Both the position numbers and the translations under genes were made by a program. A DNA stretch of 64,000 nucleotides from an uncultured Candidatus Saccharibacteria bacterium (lineage in GTDB: Bacteria; Patescibacteriota; Minisyncoccia; GWC2-36-17; CAYHJU01), in the NCBI GenBank assembly GCA_964357175.1, contig CAYHJU010000001.1, positions 32,871 through 96,870 of the forward strand. Direction: 5' to 3'. The notes below the pieces were generated by a model, which saw only the letters and a program-made list of their open reading frames with translations, was not told the origin of the DNA and searched no databases. Numbering within the stretch: position 1 is the first letter of the stretch; the number at the start of each line of letters is the position of its first letter. This document shows, piece by piece, positions 58,674 to 64,000 of this stretch.

Positions 58674-60626
58674 ATGCCAAATCAAGATCGATCAGAAAAT
58701 ATAAAAAATACGCGTTATGGTGAGGGCAAATATAGGGCACTTTTTATGGCGTCTCGTGACGCCGTTATGACTCTTGAGGCGCCGTCCTGGAAGTTTACAT
58801 CTGGAAATCCGGCCACAGTAGAAATGTTTAAGGCAAAGGATGAGGCAGAATTTTTATCTTATGAGCCGTGGAAATTATCTCCCAAGCTTCAACCGGATGG
58901 TCGCGCTTCTGACAAAAAAGCTAAAGAAATGATTGAAAAAGCGATGCGCGAGGGATCTAATTTTTTTGAGTGGACGCACAAGCGTTTAAATGGCGAGAAT
59001 TTTTTCGCAGAAGTTTTATTATCAAGAGTTGAGTATGACGGAGAAGCGTTTCTTCATGCTGTGGTCAGGGATGTTACTGAGCAAAAAAAAATGGCAGAAA
59101 AGTTAAAAGAACAGGAAGAAGAAAAATTTAGGACCGTTTTTGATGGCGCAAGTGACGGAATGCTTTTGATGGATATATCGATCAAAAAATTTTACCTTTA
59201 CAATAAGGCAATTTGCCGAATGTTGGGATATGGTCCCGAAGAGATAAAAAATTTAAGCGCCACAGATATTTGTTCAAAAAACGATTCGGCTTATGTTTTG
59301 AAGCAATTCGATAGATTGACAGCAGGAGAAATTGAATCAATTGATGGTGTTGCAATAAAAAGAAAAGACAGCAGTGTTTTTTATGCTGATATTACCGGTT
59401 CTAAAATAATAATAAGCGGTAAAATGTATTGTTTGGGCATTTTCAGAGATGTAACTGAACATAAAAAAATGGAGGAAGAGCTCAAGAACAAATATGAAGA
59501 GATAGAAAAAGAAAAAGAAGAAACTAGGTTGTTGGCTCAAAATTTGGAGAAATTTAAGCTTGCTGTGGAAAGCGCCTCTGATCATATAGTGATTACTGAC
59601 GCAGAAGGCATTATTTTATATGCGAATAAAGCAACAGAACATATCACGGGGTATCCAATAAGGGAAATTATTGGAGCGAAGGCAGGAAAACCCTGGGGTG
59701 GACTAATGGACAAAGATTTTTATGTAAAAATGTGGAAAGTGATTAAACAAGACAAGAAAACTTTTAAAGGAGAAATTAAAAATAAACGTAAAAATGGGCA
59801 AATTTATGATGCTGAAACGAGCATTTCTCCCATATTTAATAAAAATGGCGAGGTGGAATTTTTTGTTAGTATAGAACGCGACATAACAACAGTAAAAGAA
59901 ATTGATCGGGCAAAAAGTGAGTTTGTTTCTCTGGCGTCGCACCAGCTTCGTACTCCGCTTACAGCAATCAGTTGGTATTTAGAAGAGGTGTTTGATGAAA
60001 AAACTGGAAAGCTTAATAAACAACAAAAAGAATATTTAAACGAGGTACAAAATAGTAGCCGCAGAATGATCGATCTAATAAACAACCTTTTGAATCTTTC
60101 CAGAATTGAGCTTGGCACATTTGCTATTATGCCAAGATCCACCGATTTGGTTGAATTGGCTGAAGACGCGATAAAAGACGTTGTCCTACAGGCGAGATTA
60201 AAAAAAATCAAAATAGAAAAAGATTACGAAGAGGGCTTATCAAAAATTAATCTCGATCCAAAGTTAACTGCGATGGTTTTTCAAAATCTTGTTTCTAATG
60301 CAATAAAATATACTCCAGAGAACGGGGAAATAAACATAAAAATAAAAAAAGAAGGCGAAAATGCGCTTATCGTGGTAAAAGATACCGGCTACGGAATACC
60401 CAAAGACGCACAATCTAAAATTTTTACTAAATTTTATCGTGCCGACAATGTTCGCACACAGGATCCCAACGGTAACGGATTGGGGCTTTATATTGTAAAA
60501 GCGATAGTAGAAAAATCCAAGGGAAAAATCTGGTTTGAGTCTGAAGAGGACAAGAGCCTGCCTGCCGGTAGGCATGGCACGACATTCTTTGTTTCTTTAC
60601 CTTTGGGAAAAGCCGAAAGTAAATAA
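58674..60626 (+). CDS. Cytoplasmic PAS-domain histidine kinase
   Basis: Three PAS/PAC units, ASHQLRTPL, NLVSNAIKY, DTGYGI, GNGLGL. Confidence 0.93.
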   Translation: MPNQDRSENIKNTRYGEGKYRALFMASRDAVMTLEAPSWKFTSGNPATVEMFKAKDEAEFLSYEPWKLSPKLQPDGRASDKKAKEMIEKAMREGSNFFEWTHKRLNGENFFAEVLLSRVEYDGEAFLHAVVRDVTEQKKMAEKLKEQEEEKFRTVFDGASDGMLLMDISIKKFYLYNKAICRMLGYGPEEIKNLSATDICSKNDSAYVLKQFDRLTAGEIESIDGVAIKRKDSSVFYADITGSKIIISGKMYCLGIFRDVTEHKKMEEELKNKYEEIEKEKEETRLLAQNLEKFKLAVESASDHIVITDAEGIILYANKATEHITGYPIREIIGAKAGKPWGGLMDKDFYVKMWKVIKQDKKTFKGEIKNKRKNGQIYDAETSISPIFNKNGEVEFFVSIERDITTVKEIDRAKSEFVSLASHQLRTPLTAISWYLEEVFDEKTGKLNKQQKEYLNEVQNSSRRMIDLINNLLNLSRIELGTFAIMPRSTDLVELAEDAIKDVVLQARLKKIKIEKDYEEGLSKINLDPKLTAMVFQNLVSNAIKYTPENGEINIKIKKEGENALIVVKDTGYGIPKDAQSKIFTKFYRADNVRTQDPNGNGLGLYIVKAIVEKSKGKIWFESEEDKSLPAGRHGTTFFVSLPLGKAESK

Positions 60627-60654
60627 TCTATCAAAGACATTTTTATATAAATAC

Positions 60655-61839
60655 ATGCCAATCCAATCATCTATTCTCAACGCCATCTTTGACACCACAC
60701 TGGCATTGTATAGGGTTGCAGATAAGATTTTTGACGACAATTTTTTTAAAAAGAAATTGCGCAGATGTGGCCTAGAGATTCTAATCTTGGTTCAAGCTGT
60801 TTTTTCTGGTGATAATTTTGATCAAAACGCCCACTTTGCTTTGGAGAAAAAAATAGATGACATTTTATTATTATTAAAATTTGGGAAGTCTTATTACCAT
60901 TTAGTTAATCCCCTTAATTTTTCTATACTAATAAATTCTTATGAATCACTACAACCGGAAATCTATCAAAGTTTGGCTTCAGTAGAAAAGGCGACAAAAG
61001 CTCGTTTTGTTAAAAATACGGAGAACGAGTCCGATCAACCAACCAAGGATTTTATGGAAAAAGATGAATTTGTATATTTAGCCTCTCACCAATTGCGAAC
61101 CCCGTTGTCTGCGATTAGTTGGTATGCTGAGATGCTTTTGTCCGAAGATGCTGGCAATATCAATCAACAACAGAAAAAGTATTTGGAAGAAGTTTATAAT
61201 AACAGTCAAAAAATGTCGCAGCTAATAAATACTCTCTTAAACATTTCTCGAATTGAATCGGGATGTTTCGCTGTGGAAATAAAACCACTCAATTTTTCTG
61301 TGATTTTAGATGATGTATTGCTGGAGCTTGATCATGAAATTTCTAATAAAAAAATTACTATTGAAAAAATTTATAACCCTACGCCAACAGTAAAAGCCGA
61401 TTATCATTTGGCATATGTTATTTTTCAAAACTTAATATCTAATTCCATCAAATATACTCCTGAGGGAGGGGAGATAAAAATTGAAGTTAATTTTTTAAAA
61501 AACGAAAAAGAGATTAATCTTAAAATAAAAGAATGCGTTTTGATTAAAATTTCAGATAATGGTTATGGTATTCCAAAAAATCAGCAAGAAAAAGTTTTTA
61601 CTAAGTTATTTCGGGGAGACAACATTAAAAACAAGGATTCCGCAGGATTTGGCATCGGTTTGTACACGGTAAAATTAATGTCAGATCGCTGTGGGTTTAA
61701 AATATGGTTTGAGTCTGAAGAGGACAGTGGTCTGTCTGCCAGTAGGCATGGCACGACCTTTTATATCGCTATTCCCTTGGAGGGAATGAAAGAAAAAGAG
61801 GGTTCGGAAGATAAAAAAAATGAGCATAGTTTAAGTTAA
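60655..61839 (+). CDS. Histidine kinase with helical N-terminal domain
   Basis: ASHQLRTPL, NLISNSIKY, DNGYGI, GFGIGL; ATG 60655 preferred. Confidence 0.88.
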   Translation: MPIQSSILNAIFDTTLALYRVADKIFDDNFFKKKLRRCGLEILILVQAVFSGDNFDQNAHFALEKKIDDILLLLKFGKSYYHLVNPLNFSILINSYESLQPEIYQSLASVEKATKARFVKNTENESDQPTKDFMEKDEFVYLASHQLRTPLSAISWYAEMLLSEDAGNINQQQKKYLEEVYNNSQKMSQLINTLLNISRIESGCFAVEIKPLNFSVILDDVLLELDHEISNKKITIEKIYNPTPTVKADYHLAYVIFQNLISNSIKYTPEGGEIKIEVNFLKNEKEINLKIKECVLIKISDNGYGIPKNQQEKVFTKLFRGDNIKNKDSAGFGIGLYTVKLMSDRCGFKIWFESEEDSGLSASRHGTTFYIAIPLEGMKEKEGSEDKKNEHSLS

Positions 61840-61873
61840 CTTAATCATAAAAACATGCTAAAATAAAGGCAAG

Positions 61874-62287
61874 ATGATGAATCAACCCAAAACAATTTTA
61901 ATTGTGGAGGACGAGCAAAATTTGTTAGATGTGCTTGCTGATAAGCTTGGTGCCAGCGGCTTTTCTGTGCTTAAAGCCGAAAATGGCGAAAAAGGTTTAG
62001 ATTTAGCGTTAAAATATCATCCAGATTTAATTTTATTAGACATTCTTATGCCCAAAATGGACGGTTTAACAATGGTGCGCAGACTAAGAGAAGATGTGTG
62101 GGGTAGTACCGCATCGGTTATCATTTTGACCAATTTGGTGGATAATGAAAAAGTGATGGAAGCTGTGAAAAATAAAGTCAGTGACTATTTAATCAAAACT
62201 GATTGTAAATTGAAAGACTTGGTTGAAATGATTAAAAAGAAATTAGGCTTAAATCGGACGTTTCAATCGTCCGTCTACTATTATTGA
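61874..62287 (+). CDS. Single-domain response regulator
   Basis: ILIVEDE, ILLDILMPKMDG, LTN, DYLIK. Confidence 0.9.
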   Translation: MMNQPKTILIVEDEQNLLDVLADKLGASGFSVLKAENGEKGLDLALKYHPDLILLDILMPKMDGLTMVRRLREDVWGSTASVIILTNLVDNEKVMEAVKNKVSDYLIKTDCKLKDLVEMIKKKLGLNRTFQSSVYYY

Positions 62288-62323
62288 TTTTAGAATTTTA
62301 AAATATAAATCTAAAATCAATAC

Positions 62324-64000
62324 ATGAAAAAATTTTTAAAATTTAGTTTGATATTAGCCTTGTTGATCACTATGGGTGGCTATGCGCCCGCTGTTTTTGC
62401 GACAGCTACAGTTACACCGGCCACGGGTGGATCGGCCATATCGGCTGATACCACCGGAGGATCTTATGCCGCGCTAGCCGGACCAATAATTTTAGAAGGG
62501 GCCACCGCTGATATTGGAACAGGGACAATTATACTGAATGCTCCATCTGGATTTAATTTTAATACTGTCGCAAGTAGCGTTACTGCCACACGAACTGATG
62601 TCGCGGGAACTGGGTGTAATCCTTCTAGAAGACTATTGATAAATGCCGGAGCTTCACAAATAGTCACTCCCACCGCGACAACGATTACTATAAATATAAC
62701 ACGAATAACTTCTAGCGGATGCCGTAACATTATAACTTGGACAGGCATTCAGGTTCGTCCGACAGCGGGCACTCCTTTGGCCTCTGGCAATATTGTCAAA
62801 ACCGGGACTTCATCAATCGTTGGTGTTACCAATAGCGTTACTAATTTTGGCGCATTGACCGAAGTCGCTGGCGCTAAAAATAAACTTGCTTTTACAACCG
62901 AACCTTCATCTGCGGCTACTATTGGAGTCGATTTTGCAACCAAACCGGTTGTGACAGTTCAAGATCAATTTGGAAATACCAGAATTTCTGACAGCGCAAG
63001 CACCATTAGTCGTGGCGCGGTTTTGTCTACTCAGGCTTGCGGTGGTACTGCAGGATCTGGCGTTTTGACATCGATCCCTGCAAATGGCGCCACTGTGGCT
63101 TCTGGTGTGATGAATTATACCGCCATGCAATATTCGTCTGCAGAGAGTATTAAAATTTGTGCCAGCTCTACTGGTGTAACTTCTGCCTTAAGCAACGCAA
63201 TTGTTGTTAGTAAGGTGAATACAACAACTGTAGTTGTGTCCTCTGGCAATCCTTCAGTTTATGGTCAACCAGTAACTTTTACCGCTACGGTAACTCCGGC
63301 GAATGGTGGTCCGCCAAGTGGAACCGTTACATTTAAAGATGGGCCCACTACTATTGGTACAGGAATTTTAAATGGCGCTAATCCTGGAGTTGCTGTTTTT
63401 TCCATCAGCAATCTTTCTGTTTTGGGATCACCGCACTCTATTACAGCTGTGTACGGAGGTGATAGTAATTTTAATGGAAGTACATCCAGCACCATTTCTC
63501 AAACAATTACCGGCAAATCTTTAACCGTCTCCGGAATCACGGCCAGTGACAAATTATATGATGGCAATACGACGGCGACGCTCATAGGAGCTCCCGGTAC
63601 ATTAGTTGGCGTAATGTTAGGAGATGATGTTTCTTTGGCGGGAACCGCCATTGGTACTTTTGACACTCCAGATGTTGGCGCTGGCAAGACTGTAACTATA
63701 AGCGGGCAATTTTTAGCTGGAGTAGACGCCCCAAATTACACTTTGATAGAGCCGACAACTGTTGCCAGCATTACTAATAATATTCCGACAATCACCTCGA
63801 TCAATCCGACCTTCATCAATACCAATGATCCAGGATTCACACTAACAGTTAATGGTTCTAATTTTGTTGCTGGCTCAACGGTGAATTTTAATGGTTTTGC
63901 CCGCGTTACAACATATGTTTCCAGCACTCAATTAACTGTTGCAATTTTAAATTCTGATTTAATCACAGCAGGAACATTCCCGATTACTGTCACCAATCCA
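62324..64000 (+). CDS. Large secreted surface protein with Ig-like (Big_3), YDG-like and IPT/TIG-like domains, 3'-partial
   Basis: Not in the ORF track because it runs off the window; MKKFLKFSLILALLITMGGYAPAVFA signal; NPSVYGQPVTFTATV, DKLYDGNTTATL, PTITSINP...LTVNGSNF. Confidence 0.85.
   Translation, partial: MKKFLKFSLILALLITMGGYAPAVFATATVTPATGGSAISADTTGGSYAALAGPIILEGATADIGTGTIILNAPSGFNFNTVASSVTATRTDVAGTGCNPSRRLLINAGASQIVTPTATTITINITRITSSGCRNIITWTGIQVRPTAGTPLASGNIVKTGTSSIVGVTNSVTNFGALTEVAGAKNKLAFTTEPSSAATIGVDFATKPVVTVQDQFGNTRISDSASTISRGAVLSTQACGGTAGSGVLTSIPANGATVASGVMNYTAMQYSSAESIKICASSTGVTSALSNAIVVSKVNTTTVVVSSGNPSVYGQPVTFTATVTPANGGPPSGTVTFKDGPTTIGTGILNGANPGVAVFSISNLSVLGSPHSITAVYGGDSNFNGSTSSTISQTITGKSLTVSGITASDKLYDGNTTATLIGAPGTLVGVMLGDDVSLAGTAIGTFDTPDVGAGKTVTISGQFLAGVDAPNYTLIEPTTVASITNNIPTITSINPTFINTNDPGFTLTVNGSNFVAGSTVNFNGFARVTTYVSSTQLTVAILNSDLITAGTFPITVTNP

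Noticed and set aside
62464-63927. Several minus-strand ORFs
   Set aside because: They are antisense shadows of the long plus-strand surface-protein gene starting at 62324.

Overview
AT-rich bacterial chromosome segment using the standard code (TGA = stop). Gene content and style point to a CPR/Patescibacteria (Parcubacteria-like) genome; this is inferred, not searched. Housekeeping content: a full type IV pilus cluster (comF, pilMNO, pilB, receiver, pilT, pilC, pilins, pilD), ligA-gatC-gatA, adk-map-ruvX-GT2-galT-dedA-tpiA, guaB, tsaC, rmuC, rplU, recR-dnaB, corA, a GT-C transferase, infC-rpmI-rplT, smpB-ssrA, tsaD, pepF, a two-kinase/one-receiver module, the start of a large Ig-like surface protein, and five tRNAs. 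Most notable: (1) twice, a ~81-aa GIY-YIG nuclease gene sits between a duplicated, palindrome-interrupted tRNA 5' fragment and the intact tRNA (Lys, Asp), and the same 15-30 bp palindromes are scattered across the window, including in-frame inside tsaD and both histidine kinases, with no transposase present; (2) an attenuated threonine operon (10xThr leader-thrA-asd-X-thrC) where thrB is replaced by a shikimate-kinase-like P-loop protein, a candidate new homoserine kinase; (3) a broken diversity-generating retroelement (target gene plus only the RT C-terminus); (4) inverted plus direct T-arm copies downstream of tmRNA and tRNA-Glu; (5) a pilin and an Ig/metalloprotease ORF separated by one frameshift. 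All calls come from reading the sequence by eye; no databases were run.
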